Origin: Takakia lepidozioides
Taxonomy: Eukaryota; Plantae; Bryophyta
Length of the DNA stretch: 64,000 nt
Assembly (NCBI GenBank): GCA_030704615.1
Contig: CM060731.1
Span: 7,192,001-7,256,000 of the forward strand
Direction: 5' to 3'
Part shown: positions 1-14,009 of the stretch, one piece after another
Layout of the letters: the number at the start of each line of letters is the position of its first letter
Position numbering within the stretch: the first letter of the stretch is position 1
Made by a program: the position numbers and the translations under genes
Notes under the pieces: generated by a model
The model's input: the letters and a program-made list of their open reading frames with translations, nothing else
What the model was told of the DNA's origin: nothing
Database searches by the model: none

Positions 1-1796
1 GAAGGGCGACCTCAAAAGCGGAAGAAGTGTTGATGGGGACATCAACCTTGGATCGTGGGAGAGGAAATGCGTGCTTAGTCTGGCTTAGCTAGCTCAGGAA
101 TCCGATTGCAAAAACATGTGTTGCACAAATTTTGTTTATAAATGAAATGGTTTCCAAATGTTGTGCTTCCTATTTTGTTTGGAATGGTGATGCATAGTAT
201 GGTTGGCTAGTGTGTAGAATGCATGTTAGCTTACAAAAGTGGGAGAGATAAATTGGATTAATCGTGTGTTTGCGCAGTGCCGAAATCGGGTAACACTGAC
301 ATTAGATGAGTGAAAGTGAGACTAGACCTCCAGCCAGCCGGCTTTCCCACATCAAATTGAAGGGGATCTGTAGATGATAGATACTGGCTGTTGCCTTCTC
401 AATGTCTTTTCCAATCACCTCTGCAATGAACTGGAGTACATGCTGTCGACCCATCCAAAGGGCAAGGAAACTTGCGCCTTCTTTGGGAGTTCACGTGCTA
501 GTGCACATCTGGCACGTGCGCGTACTCCAACTGCGCTACCGCGGGGGTTGTCTTCGGATTAACGCGGAAGCTACGTGCTTCCGTTCACGTACTATAATCA
601 TGTAACCTCGGGACGAAATCGTAGTGCGGCTTCGGCGTGTTCCCGTACCTCAGGCCAGCATTCCAAGGTGGACCTAATTGTAGTGATTGGGGCGCGCGGT
701 TAGTTCAAGGTTATCTTCCTAGTCAAAAAGGGGTTCAAGGTGAACCCCTGCTCAAGGTGATGCCAAAAGCGGCATCATGAGCGGTCGCAAGCAATGTTGT
801 TGCAGTAAGGCGATTCGATCCTCGGGGAGGATCGTTCCTTGGCCTTGAAGTGGGCCAAGAAGAGTGCACTGGGTAGAGCTTGAGAAGCTCCACCCTTGGC
901 TGGGACTTAAAGGAAGTCGGCCAAACTAGCTAGTGAAGAGTAGAGTCAAGTGGGGGTTTGGTTCTTTGCCATGAGACGCCATGGTATGGAAATAAACTCC
1001 TTGACGTGGGACGCCACAACCTGGATGTACAAGTCGATGAGGACATCGACTCTATGTTGGTAGGGGTGTGTGTCGCGGCCCTTTGCCTTGAGGGCGGGGG
1101 GTCGGGACACAAGAGGGGCTGCCCTTGTGGTGGGGGCAGTGGCAACAATAGGTACGGGGGTTGAAGCATCCTTGAGTGCCCAAGGCACTCAAGGAGGCAG
1201 AGACACTCACTAGGTGGAGCCCCGCACACCGGGTTGCGGTGGGGGTGGTTCCACGAGGGGTGGTGGTAGCTTAGTGGGTCTTAGTGGGGGTAGCATAGGA
1301 CTCACCATGGGGCGGAGACCTTGAGGTGGGAGTCGTGGGGAGTCTGGGGACTTATCACGGTCCAATGGGGCTGTGGTGGGTGGGCCAAGACTCACCGTGA
1401 CTCATCACCGGGAATGGAGGGTCTTCGTGGTGGTTCGCCATAAAATGACTGGGTTGTTTGTGAAACCCCTGCGGCAGTCACAGAAGTATATATAGGGAGT
1501 AGTAACCCCGAGAACGGTACAAGCCCGTTGGTGACCAAAAACTAGTGAATAAGCGTGCGAGCCGGAAAGCGACCAAGGTGTGGGGAGCTGTTCCGGACTG
1601 CCAACAACCAAAAGGAATTTCCACTAGGCCCAAATTGAGCGAGGGTCTGGTGGAGGAGTAGAGGGGGACCGTTATGTCCCGGTGAGCAGCCGAAGCTCCG
1701 AGTTGGCCCGGCGGCCAGTTTGGGAGTTAGGCGCGCGTATCAAAGCGAGTAACTATGACTTGAAGGGGAGCTTACCGAAGTGAGGTACGCGACTTC

Positions 1797-4700
1797 CCAT
1801 CAGCTTGATACAGGTAGTAGATAAATAAAGATTATTGATTGATCGATATAAAAAATTTATTTGCTCAACCAAATCACATCTTATTCACATTGTCTTAATA
1901 AAGAGGTCCAAAAGAAGAAGTAGATGCTCAAGAGAGAATACTCACCTCATTGGACTCATCTCGAACTCGTTTCCAATTAATCTCTGGAGGTAGTACACGG
2001 AGTATATCTCGACGCCTCTCACCAATACTCGTCTTATGTGACATGAAATCACTGTTCCCGTTAATGATAGACAATATGTTCCCCTAAGCCTGAACAGTAT
2101 TTGGGCGGGGCCGCTTCATTCCACAATTTCCATGCAGAGAAGAGATAACCCCTTCTTTGTTCAGTCTTTTATACTCCATATAAATTAACATGCCAATTCC
2201 ATGAATTGTCCACCACGCCTCCTCGCAAATATCCACTCTTTCAATAGTAATGTATGCTCGACGAGTTGACCCCTCGAGTTTGTATAGGCTCCGTGGAATG
2301 TCAAATCCCAGCTCTCGTCTATTGTCGAAGGTGGATCCCCAAAATGTAGTGCGAAGAGCAAGCGTCTTCTTCCAATCAAAAAATTGACAGCACCGAAGTT
2401 GACAACATGGTTTGCTACTGACATTTCTCACAGATTTTTTCGAGAGTAATCTTTTTGATTTCCTAGACTCATCCAAAGCAATACCTCTTTTGGATCTACG
2501 AAAATGTCTGTAAGGAGCCTACCTTATACCACACTCACCATCCTCCGGTTCACTAGCCATCTCGGAGCTGTAGAAAATTTTGTAGATCTTCCGAAAGCAA
2601 CCTTCCATTTTGCAAGAATTTTGTTCTAATGAAAGGCCACTTGACAATGGACATGAGAGATCCACATCCTCCTACTAGCACCCTGGTAATGAGAACACCG
2701 ACATGGTCCTCCCCGAATTTGTCACAAAGTACCACCTCATCCGGAATACATGCGTGTATTCTTCCTTCGTAGATGTCATCGTCTTATTCCGTTAAGATGA
2801 TACACATACGATTTCTCCAATTACTCCTTCCAAGAGGGCTCTGAGGATTTTCTCCATCCACGGATTCTTCTGATCCATCTCCATCTTCGGACGAGAAATG
2901 ACATTTTGGAAGTCCAAAGAGATATCACACAAATCCTATATGACAGGTGTCCCAAGAGCCTCAGTTAGTTTGTCTACATCCATATGAAGATATGACAATT
3001 GCATCGTCCCATAGCCATTCTCAAATGTAGTGATTATCACACTAATTGTTGATGAGGTCAATGAACGTCTATGACACTGATCTTCACCAGTCACATTCAG
3101 GTAGTTGCCAGTTGCAACTGTAACCCTCGACGTTTTGTGACAGAAGAAGATTTTGAGACCAGATGATAAGGAATCCATTTCGAGAAAGGACAGAACGTCG
3201 AAATGAATGTCGACGTTCCTTAGTCTCTACAAATAGAGATAAATAGGAAAAGTAGAAGGACTGTAGCTGAATATCCTAATTAGGAGATAGAGAGAAAGAA
3301 GATTCCGACGGATGAAGAGATATTAAAAGAATTAAAGTATATAATGTGGATGTGTCGATGAGGACCAAGAAAAATAAGATTTGATATAAAGAATAAAACG
3401 TCGACATGAATGTTGACGTTCTCTAGTCTTGACGGATAGAGATAGATAGAAAAAAATAACGGCTGTAACTGGATATCATAATAAAGAGACATAGAATAAA
3501 TCAGATGAATATATTAATGAAGACCTAGAAAAAAAACCAAGTGAGGAAAAAGACATGCTCTCATATTCAGATGCACTAGGAGGTACTCTCAGGTATTTGA
3601 TGTGATGTGAGACATAATGAAGGTCAAGTGATGAAACTTTAGTTTGTATTTAAAAAATTGAAGTAGCAGCAATCCGCCAGACGTTGACACTAATGTCGAC
3701 GTTACTATAGATGAATAAAAAATGGATGAATAATCATCTAGTTGGATGAGGCATGGATGATAGTTAAATAAAGATGACTGTAAAAAGGTAGGGAGACTAA
3801 GGTATGTAACGGTGGAAAAAATATAAAAATGAAGCAAACCTTGAAATCTCTAAAACCTAAAACAAACACTCATGTGTTTGAACATAATGTGACGATGAAC
3901 TTGTGTCTACACAACAGATGCTTTGGTAAACCCTAAAGCTTAAGGCAAATATTCATAAGAATATTGGCTGATGCAAGGTACAAAAGAGGATGCAAATGTA
4001 CACGAAACATGACAGACTGAGGAGAGAAAGAAAAGACGAAGGAGTGCAGAATTACAGATTATATATGTACCTCTGCCCCCAAGCGTGTGGTGTACGTGGT
4101 ACACTCACATAGGTGCGTAAATGAGCACAATGATGAAGTCTTCCCGCCGTGGATATGGACTCCTAGCAGATCTGGCGGTGGTTAGGGCGCTGTTAATGCG
4201 CCAATGCAAATGATTGAGATTGCACAAGAGGAGGTCACTTCCAAATACTACCACTTGACGTGCAAAAAAATATAGGGTGCCGAAAATTCTGAGAAAATAA
4301 AATTTAGAATACATTTAGAAATACTATAGGGTATCAATATATTGGCGGCACCACAATTAAATTAAAATAGGGTCCAAAATAAAGACGTATTCCAAAAAAT
4401 ATTAAAACTAATATAGGGTGGAGAGAAATTAAAGGGACACGTGTCGTTCAGTGACAAAAAATTCGGGACATGCAGCGGAGAGGGCGTAGACGCATGTGCA
4501 CAACAACCCTAAGCTTCCCTCTCTCATGTCAGCTGCAATTCGTGGCAGCATTGTGCTACACAAGCAGAGAGAAATGGTGGTGCGCTCAGTAGTACAAGCA
4601 TTGTGGCCCACAACTTTTGAAGCTTGCAGGGCGTGACAATGAAGAAGCGTAGATTGAGAGTGGAATGATGGCAACCCCATAATGTTAAAAAAAAATAAAA

Positions 4701-5235
4701 ATTCAGGTTAATATAGGGTGCCCAATATTTGTTACCTGCTATAAAATATAAATAATATAGCTTGCAAGAAAATATGCCATATTATAACATTATGTAATAA
4801 TAGGGTGGCCAAAAATTCAGAAAATAAAATCAATACCCCCATAAAAAATGCCTGTTTGCCTGGGAAACTAGATAGGGAGTGACCTCCCCGAGAGAATGCA
4901 CCACAGGATCAAGTGCTCCAACCGTAGATTAGCACTGTCACAAATCTGACGGACGTAGACAGCCCGCGACGCGTCGAACGATCTTGACGATCCAACGGAT
5001 GACGTGCGGTGCATCGTGCAGTTAAGCCGCACACCGTCCGTTCCATCGTCAAGATCTCTGCTGCTGGATTATCGCGATCCAACGACGGTGATGTTTGACC
5101 TAACCCCCAGGCGCCGCCATAAACCCTACATTTATTTTGTGAGAGAGCGTCATTTGACCTAACTCTCAACCACAGAGGGTTAGGTCAAACACGTTTATTT
5201 TTGTTTTTGGGCTTTTGTTTTTGGGTCGGGCGAAA
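1797..5235 (-). mobile_element. Decayed DDE DNA transposon copy 1 (Sola-like, tentative), truncated before the catalytic core
   Basis: About 1797-3622 and 5132-5235 are near-identical reverse complements of 27802-29640. It contains the same broken ORFs (…VGVLITRVL…, KPCCQLRCCQFF…LRTTFW, ICEEAWWTIHGI) as copy 2, which retains a transposase core. Frameshifts and stops are present, and true termini were not found. Confidence 0.65.
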
Positions 5236-7356
5236 GTTGAGAGAATACAACGAGAGATGAAGGAAAGAGAATGAGGCGTTCGTCGATGGAGAGTGTGGGG
5301 AAGCAGCGTTCATCGCGAGCAAGGGGGGTGGGGCTTGCAAATCGGCTAAGTCCCCAGCCCCCTCACCGCAACTTACGGAGCTCATCCCCTCACATCCTCC
5401 AGCTCATCCACTAGATTTGGGATTTGAGGACACAATTCAATAGCAGATTTGTCAGATTTTGGGTGGGGCGGTGAAACGTCCCATTTAAAGGTCCTCACCC
5501 ATGGATAATTTCGCAAGGCGAAACTCTGACCCCTGAAACTGCTTTACATTTTGAGATATACTTTCTCAAGGGAAAATTGAAAAAGTATAGGGTTTATGCT
5601 TCATATACAGAGAGAGATTTCCATTGAATATGCCATAGAATATATCGAAACATATATCCTAAACCCTATTCTCTCTCATGATACTGAACGCAAAACATGT
5701 ATATTATGCTAAGGCTATCCAAATATTGGGCATTAACAACCTAATTTTGGATGTGGGATTGTTGAGTGTTAGGATTTATGTATAGAAAGTTTGAATTCAA
5801 GCTATATCACTAAGGGTTTCTCAATGTGAAACCCACCGCTACTTTGGTTTATGGCCAAGTCACCAAATGTTTCTCAATGCGAAACCCGCCGCATCCACTA
5901 CTATAGATTTAGGGTTGCTGGCTATAATACTAAGGTTTCGCCTCGCGAAACCCTAGTTGAATTAGGGTTTATATATATAGTGTCATTTATTTTTCGTTGA
6001 AGGTGAACCACAAAAAATAGTTTAATATTAAAATGTTTTTTTTAATTATTTCATATGTTCTAGTTTGCAAGTGACTATTTGGAGTGTATTCAATGTTTAT
6101 AAATGTGTAGATAGGCCATGTAGTTTATCGAATTGGTGCAGTTGTACCTTATAAATGCACCAGTCCTATGCTCTATACCCGCTTATAGGTTGTTTTTCGT
6201 TTTGAAAACATATCAATATGTGAAGCGAGATGTTTGTTTTGTGTTTTTTGTTTGTAGATTTGAGATGTCCCCAACCACGAGGCCCTAGCCCTGGTGCTTG
6301 GTACCATTGGAAAGCCCTCGACGAGGAGGGTGCACGGGCTTGGTCTCATGATTTTTGGTCTCATGAAGGGAGCGAAATATAATGGAATTGATTCATATAA
6401 TGGAAGTGAAATGAACTATATGAAGGGAGTTGAGTATAATAGTACAACTAGGGTAGCTTGTGCCGTTGGCCCAAGTGTCCAATGTCATCCAAGTCCAAGT
6501 GCAATCCCTTATGTATCCGGCTGAGACCCTCCCGTTTGGGAGACCTAGGGCTAGGGTAGCATGTGCCATTGGCCAAAGTGTCCAATGTCATCAAGTCCAA
6601 GTGCATCAATATATGAAGCAAACCATATCTATAGTGTCTTCCTTATGCATCCCTATTGGCGAGTCCCACTATCTTTGTTTTGCTGACCTTCAAAATTTCC
6701 ACGCATACATGTTGAGTATTTATTTGTCTGTCGTCTGTCGTCCGCAATATTATCTTTGTGTGTGCATTGTGTCCACTCGGAAACCTGCAATACAATGTCA
6801 ACCGAATTTCTCACAAACTGTAAATCAATGGGTATTCTCACTTGGATTGGTGGATTCTTTCGATGGTTCTTCTCTATCCATTGTATTTATGGATCTTCAA
6901 AGTCTCCAGCCCTTCCCTCACATCGTCATTTTGAAGCGCTTAAGTCAATTTGCAGGAATCGATGAAGAAAACATGTCTTGGGGAAGACGCTTCACTTCAG
7001 TCGCTGAGGATGAGCGCATGAGCCAGAAAAGAAGGAAAAGAGGGTTGAGGAGTGGGGTCAGCTGGGTGGGGCGTAGTATTGGCTTATTCGGTTCTTTTTT
7101 GAACTCATAACTTACCACTGTAACCCACTATTTCTACTCTGTCTTGAGGTATTGGTGATGTAAATTGCCATCGCGCCTAGCATAACTTAGAGTTACCATT
7201 GATGCCAGCATGGACGCCACGTCGGACTTAGTGTTATCTGCCACGTCAGTGTTACGTGGCACGTCAGGTCTGAACAGGAAGGAAACAACAGTGTGGCCTC
7301 ACTACCACCAACAGTGAACAGTGAGACCAGACCCTTAGGGTTAAGACTATCAACAT

Positions 7357-7624
7357 CAGTGTTTGTTTTTTCAAATTTTGAAAAGAACAGGACTGGCTAC
7401 TGAGTTTTGCAGGAAATAGCCATATTTTCTGCTCATCCACTGAAATTTGGACAGAATCCTCCTCCTCTGTACTTTCATCCATATTAGGCGAATTCATCCA
7501 AGATTTATATTTTTTTGAGAATTTTGGCGATTTCATCCATGAGAAAACAGGGAATTTACGAAATATTCGATTTTGATTTTTGAGGTCGTAAAAGTGCGAA
7601 ATTTCGCCAGAAATAAAAACACTG
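7357..7624. mobile_element. Short non-autonomous MITE-like element
   Basis: Terminal inverted repeat CAGTGTTTGTTTT … AAATAAAAACACTG about 270 bp apart with no coding capacity. The flanks are only imperfectly duplicated. Confidence 0.4.
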
Positions 7625-8610
7625 ATAACACATCTAAAGGGGTTCTTCCCAATTCCCCAAAAGATAACAGTAAGAGTGCAGCCCCTGCTTTGGCTTTTCA
7701 AGGCCGGATATGATTTGAGGACAAACCCAACTTTCCGCTTGGACAACCGTACGATGAGTCAGGACCGATCTCCACTAGATCGACAAGTGGGCCAGTTCCT
7801 GACACAGACGTGTCGTGAAGTCATCCATCAACGCTGTGATCCAACGGTTCGTGAGGTGCCACGGCAGGATCGAGCCCTTCCAGGAGCGGAGTGGGAGGCA
7901 CCTGGCCCTGTGTGGCCGCCTGCTTTCATGGCGTTTCGGTCCTGCGAAGGGCAGCCACGCCTCAACTGAAGGTAGTGGCCGCGGTCTGTCTCAGCTTCGA
8001 GTTGGGTTTGTTCCAAATCGGCTTTTTGGATTTGGTTTGCTCTTGATCTCTTCAGTCTTTAGGTGTAGAGGTAGGGAGGGGAGTGGGGCCTTATCATCTA
8101 TCGACAAGGGCGTACACAGACGTATTCTTTCTTGGGGGAAGAAATGGTGCAGAGAGATTGTCTTCTTTGAGCTGAGGCTTTCTAGCTCAATTTGATTGAG
8201 ATTGGAATTGAGATTGCGCTCTCGGGCATGGAAGGATTGCGAATATGGAAATGAGGATCCAATTCAGGCTTGTTGTGCTGGGTGGCCGCCTGAGCGAAGC
8301 TGTCATGTTTTATGTGGTATAACACATCAGCTGTTTGAAAGCGAGTCTCTATCTCGAAGTGTAGTTCTGTCTAGGTTACCTCTTAACCCGAGACTCGAGA
8401 AGAGCGGGGGACTACTTCACACATCTTGGATTAAGAGGGGAAGTGCAAACATGCTCCTCGTTCAGCCTGGTGGTCTGTTTTAGTCTCCGATTGCGTAACC
8501 TTCTTTACAAGTTCACGCCTTCTGAGGACTGAAGTTAGTGTGAGGACGAATCAGGAAGTTAGGCAAACAGATCGATAGAGTAGTAGTAGTAACCCAAGAG
8601 AGAGAAGGGG

Positions 8611-10792
8611 ATGGCTAGCTTGGGCAAAATTATTAGAGATGACCGGCACCCAACATGGCTGGTCGACTCTATCATTCTATCAGCTGTAGTCTACAGCAAC
8701 AGTCCCGAAGATGAATTGAAAGCCATGAAGGAGGATTATGGGCTACCCGTCACAGCAAAATACGAATTCGTACCCGAAGAGGAGCTCAGAACCAGTGGAT
8801 TTGGAAATTGCAAACAAAGTCTGTTGGTTGTTCGAAGCTTGACAGGTGGGCATTATGTTGTGGCATGCCGGGGAACGACCGACATCAGTGATGCATTGGC
8901 AGATTTGAACTTCATGCACAGGAGTTTGAGTTTGGGCCCTGGAGCCGCTCACGCCGGATTCTTGGACCGCGCAAAGACAATCCCATTAGAGTATTTTCGG
9001 CGGCTGCTGGTGCGGGGGGAGCGTGTGGTGCTGACAGGGCATTCACTTGGAGGAGCTGTTGCATCACTCCTGACTCTGAGGTACAGTGTTTTTCAGGATT
9101 TCAAAGATATGAGTGAACTGAAGTGTGGTTTGACAATTTGAGCACTTGATCTAGTCTTGACCAACCGTCTCATGCTTGCAGATTGCTGGAGGCGACTGGG
9201 ACATGGTGCCACGCTCAAGTCCAGTGCTACACGTTTGGCTGTCCTTTCTTTGCAGATTACCGACTTGCCAGGTATTTGCTCTCGTTGTCCCAGTATAGTA
9301 GTAGCTCTCCGTGGTGACTTCAATAATGGTTCTCTTTTGAGAGAGATTAGGTTAGATTCCACTGAATCCTTGACATGTGGTGAGCTGATGTTGTGAATCT
9401 GTGTTCTTGGAGATGCTTAGCCTAGACTCTGCATCCAGTTTGTGCAATGGTGTTTCCCCTATCTTCGAATATACTGCCTTCCTATCCACATCTTTTATTC
9501 CCTGACTTAATACTCGGAACGATTCACATGTAACAGTTATATCAATTTTCGATACAAACACCACTTTGTTCACATCGTCTCGAGGAATGACATTGTTCCC
9601 AAGGTGATGCCACTGGCGTACACGATCTACACCATGTGGGCTGGTCTTCAGGCAGGACCCCTCAGTGATGTCATTCGGTTGACACGCGTTGGCATGCTCG
9701 TTCTTCAAGTTCTCAAAGTGAAACCCAAAAACCTACCACTGGCTGTAACTGGCACGCAAGTGCTCACATTTGTGCCTTCTCTGTTGCGGTTCCTTCTGCA
9801 CCGTGCACTCGCCCTAGCTCTTTCCCATCAATCAGGCTATGGGTATGCATTTGCTGGCCACATGGTGTTGCTAGACACTGAGACAAACTTCTTGGAATAC
9901 GCCGACCAGGAGCATTGGAAGGTGGAGAACCACCTCAGCTTCCACCTGAATTGCACCTCATTGGATGTTGTAAAGGAACACTCGCTTTTGAGCTATATTG
10001 ACCATGTGTTTGCCGTTGAATCAAACAATCAATCCAATGAGATTGAGGTCTCTGCTACAACTTCGTTGACGGAGACTGGATCAGATGGGCTCCCAAGTAC
10101 ACCGAAGGTTGAGGTGTGCACTGCAACGCTCAGTATGAAGTGGTTCAACAAGGTGCATAGGCCTGCTAAGGAGGTATGTACTCCGCCAAATTGTTCTAGG
10201 TTTAGGGCTGAGGTAGCAGGTTTCTGGTCAGTACTAACTGGAACAACCTTTTTTCTCACTACTACTCTCTCACCAATCTGGTTTCTTGAAACTGTGTAAT
10301 TGGAAATGTTACATCTGCAGCCAAATTTGGGACAGCAGCAGCAGTACTGAAAGAATTATGCCCTTTTCCTATGATGATATCTCAATACCAATATTTGCTT
10401 TCCTGTAACCGGGTGGATAGTTGTTGGCTGTGTGATCACTATGCTACTGTGATATACACTGTTGATAACTCGGTAATGTTTGCCTGCAGGTGTGCATTAT
10501 GCACATGGACGCTATTCACAATATAACTAACCGTAAGCCGAAGAAGAAGAAGGGCAAGCCAGCTGTGAGCGCTCTCCGCAGCCGGGTTGCTTGTCTCATT
10601 TTTGCACGACGGATGCAACAGGCCCACCCCAGAAGCTATAAAACAATCAAAGACAGAGAAGAAGGGGTTGTCCATTTTCTGGTAGTAAATTGTCGAAAGG
10701 TGTCTAAGTTTGTGAATCGGTTTGAGGGATTATTTATATGTTCTACTATTATTTGCATGGGTATCAAGATAAAAAGATTTTTCTTCCGGTGA
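8611..10792 (+). CDS. Class 3 lipase (alpha/beta hydrolase), 4 exons, about 499 aa
   Basis: Exons 8611-9080, 9182-9271, 9537-10173 and 10490-10792 join in frame through GT-AG introns (1500 nt). Motifs: CRGT, HAGF, nucleophile GHSLGG, YTFGCP, catalytic NDIVP and a candidate catalytic His in EHSLLSY. Confidence 0.88.
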
Positions 10793-11731
10793 CAAGCATT
10801 ACGATGGCACCTTGGCAATTAGAGGATGGATAACCCCTTCGATTCATAGAAGAAACTCAGAAAGGGCAGAGGAAAATTCCTCTAAATGTAGGATTATGGG
10901 GCACCTGTGAGATGGACGACAGTATTGAAGTTAGCTCGTTACACTCTCTTCAGTTGTATATAGTTGCAAGCAGTTGACCCCAAGTTGAAATCCAGCTGAC
11001 TGGTTTTCATTGCATTCTAGCAGTGGGTACTAAGGTGAGTTCAACTTGTCAAGAGATGGACTCTATTCTGTACACATCTGCCACTGTCACACGGTTGCAC
11101 CCATGTGGACTTGTCCCCAAGCACTAGAGACTTTGTAATAGGACTCTACTGTGCCTGGGTCCTTCCAACCAGATGCAGAGACTGTGTCAAAACATTTTGT
11201 GGAGAAATACAGTAGCAAATTGTTGTCTACTTGATTGTCAAGGATACTATTGTTTGCCTGAAGCATGTGTTGTTTGCTAGCCAGCATAGAAATGGTAATA
11301 TGATAGTTGAATTTGCAAATCTGCTGATGTGAGATTCATACATCTGCAACTCTGCAATTAGGGTGGAAATTATCATGCGCCAGCAGATGATCATGGAGGT
11401 CTAAAAGGAAATCTCACACACCAGAAAATCCACCAGCAGGATTGAGAGTCATCAATTTGGAAGTCTCTCCAGATTGTGACAATGTCACTCCAACAAGAAT
11501 GAATTTTTAATATGCTGTACTTGATCATCTTTTGTAAGCCACTTTTCTGGTTCAAAACTTTCAACCTGTTGTTATTTGAATGGTGATAATCATCGTGACC
11601 AGCAGAAATAGTGACTGCTGCATTCAACAATGTGCATCAGTGCTCTCAAGTGCACGCTCTTTGTTTTCGGAAGTGCAATCTATGACCTTCCATGTAGAGC
11701 AATGTGCTTTCGTTCACACATACTACTTTAT

Positions 11732-14009
11732 TCACCAGTAATCCCTACAAGAACAAATCCCATCCTGAAATTGGTGCAAACGGATGGAATCCCGCACAAC
11801 AACTGCTCGCCCTCTTAATCTTTGAGATGAACTAGGTGGCAGTGGGGTAGTCCCCACAAACCCAAAGGTTCTTGATGATATGCACAGGCCTTCCAGGGGG
11901 TGCGCTGATGAGCTCAAAAGCAATGGCCAGCCTTTCACTATGTAGGCAAAGAGAGTTCCTTTTGTTCCTCCTCCACATCCTTCAATACAAACCGCAACTC
12001 AGGCACATACCCTGCTTCCAACATCTGTCCAGAAAATCTGTGCAGCTCAGCCTGTATTTCATCAATGTTGTTGACCTCAATACAGCTGTGCCCTTGCTCC
12101 TTTCTGACACCGCTATCCTCCATCATTGTCCTCACCTTTGCTTTCGCACCCCACCTGCCAGCTACAGCATAGATGTTGGATAGCAGAAAATAAGCGGCAG
12201 GGTGTTCTGGATCCCTCTTAATATTTTTTGTGTTGCACGTTCTGCTACCTCCACATTGCCATGAATTCTGCAGGCACTGAGCAATTCCCTCCAGATCCCA
12301 GCATGCTTCAATTGGCATTTTGTCAATGAGGTCCTCTGCCTCCTCTATTGCCCTGCACGGCCAAGAAGGTCCATGATCTCTGCTGCATGCAGAGAGAAGA
12401 GATGTGAAGATGAATCAATCTGGCTTCAAGCCTCCCTGTTGCATTTGTTCAAAGGGTTGGAGGACTTCCTTACCAACCCTTGCTGAGCAATCGCACTATT
12501 ATTGCACTCCACCAGACCACATCTTGCCGAGTCATGGTGTCAAACACTTGACATGCATCCCTCCCACATTTGGCATACATCTCAACAAGGGCCGTCTGCA
12601 GAATGATGTCTGCTGCAATTCCAGCTTATGATGTCAACATGGACCTCTTTACCCTTTCCCAGGGCTCCTAGACTGGCACATGCCTTGAGAATGCAAATGA
12701 ATGTGTCGATGCTGGGTGTCAAGCCTTGTTGTACCATTTGCTCATAAATCTTGAACGCCTCCCTATCCCATCCATGCTGGGCATAGGCTGTGATCATAGT
12801 ATTCCATGAGACCACATCTTGTTTCCCATATTATCAAACACTACACGTGCATCCTTCATGCTTCCACACTTGGCATACATGTCGATATGGGTATTCTCCA
12901 AATTTACATATGATGCGATTCCAGCTTTGATGATTTCAGCAAGGACCTCTTTGCCCTTCTCCTGGGTTCTCAGGCTGGCACACACATTGAGAATGCAAAT
13001 GAATGTGATACTATTGGGCGTCACCCCTCTTGGTGCATTTGCTCATACATCTCCAAGGCCTCCCAACTACACCCATGCTGAGCATAGCCTGCAATCATCG
13101 CACTCCATGAAACCACATCTCGTCTAGCCATATTTTCAAGTACTTTATGTGCATCCTTCATACTCCCACACTTCGCATACATGTCTACAAGTGTATTCTC
13201 CAAATTAATATACGATACAACTCCAGCTTTGACAATATCAGCATGGACCTCTTTGTCCTTTTCAAGGATTCCTAGGCTGGCACATGCGTTGAGAACACAA
13301 ATAAACGTGACCCTGTTAGGCATCACTGCCTCCTGTTGCATTTGCTCATACTAGGCTGGCGCACGCATTGAGAACACAAGTGTACGTGACCCTATCCGAT
13401 TTTACTCCTTCCTGCTGCATTTCCTCATAGATCTGAAAAGCCCGCTTACTTCACCCATGCTGACCATATCCTGCAATCGTAGCGTTCCACGAGACCACAT
13501 CCTGTTGAGCCATATTGTCAAACACTTGACGGGCATTCTCTATGCTCCCACATTTGCCATACAGGTCAACAAGGGTATTCTGCAGAATGATGTCTCGCAC
13601 AATTCCACTTTTACTGATACCTGCATGCACTCTTTTGCTCTTTTCCAGGGCTCCTAGGCTGGCACAGAAATTGCATCGACCAGGCTTCCACACTTGGCAT
13701 ACATGTTGACAAGGGTGTTGAATAGAAAGATGCTTGGCTTGAATCCACTTCAAATGATGTGGGCATGTACCTGCTTCCCTCTGCTATGTCTTTGAGCATT
13801 ATACAGAGGCAGACATAAGTATTGGAGTCTGCCTTTATACCTTGGTTCAAAATGTGCAGCACTTGTTTTGGTCGTCCTGTCTTACAGAGTCTCTTCACAT
13901 AACCCACAAATCCCAGAAGCGTCTTTGGTGATTCCCTCTCTTGGGCCTCTTTCAAAAGCTCTGTTGATAATGTGTGTGCCACATCTGCTGCCAGTTTGGT
14001 GTCCAACAA
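11732..14009 (-). pseudogene. PLS-class PPR protein with E/E+/DYW domains (organellar C-to-U editing factor), disrupted
   Basis: Repeated PPR motifs (LVDMYAKCGS…DVVSW.AMIAGYAQHG…PNRVTFICVLNACASLG), an E domain (AAYFLLSNIYA…W…VRTMM…GVRKEQG.SCIE) and the C-terminus IKNLWVCGD…HQFQDGICSCRDYW*. These are split over many frames by frameshifts, stops and internal deletions, and the HSE motif region is broken. Confidence 0.9.

Noticed and set aside
1-1796. GC-rich minus-strand degenerate coding region with a Pro-rich stretch and a C-x4-C-x4-C-x3-H pattern (about 757-808)
   Set aside because: Probably a TE fragment abutting transposon copy 1, but I found no diagnostic gag, RT or transposase motif and no termini, so it cannot be classified.
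6460-7110. 216-aa ORF
   Set aside because: Non-ATG start, spans a short local duplication and has no recognisable domain; probably spurious.
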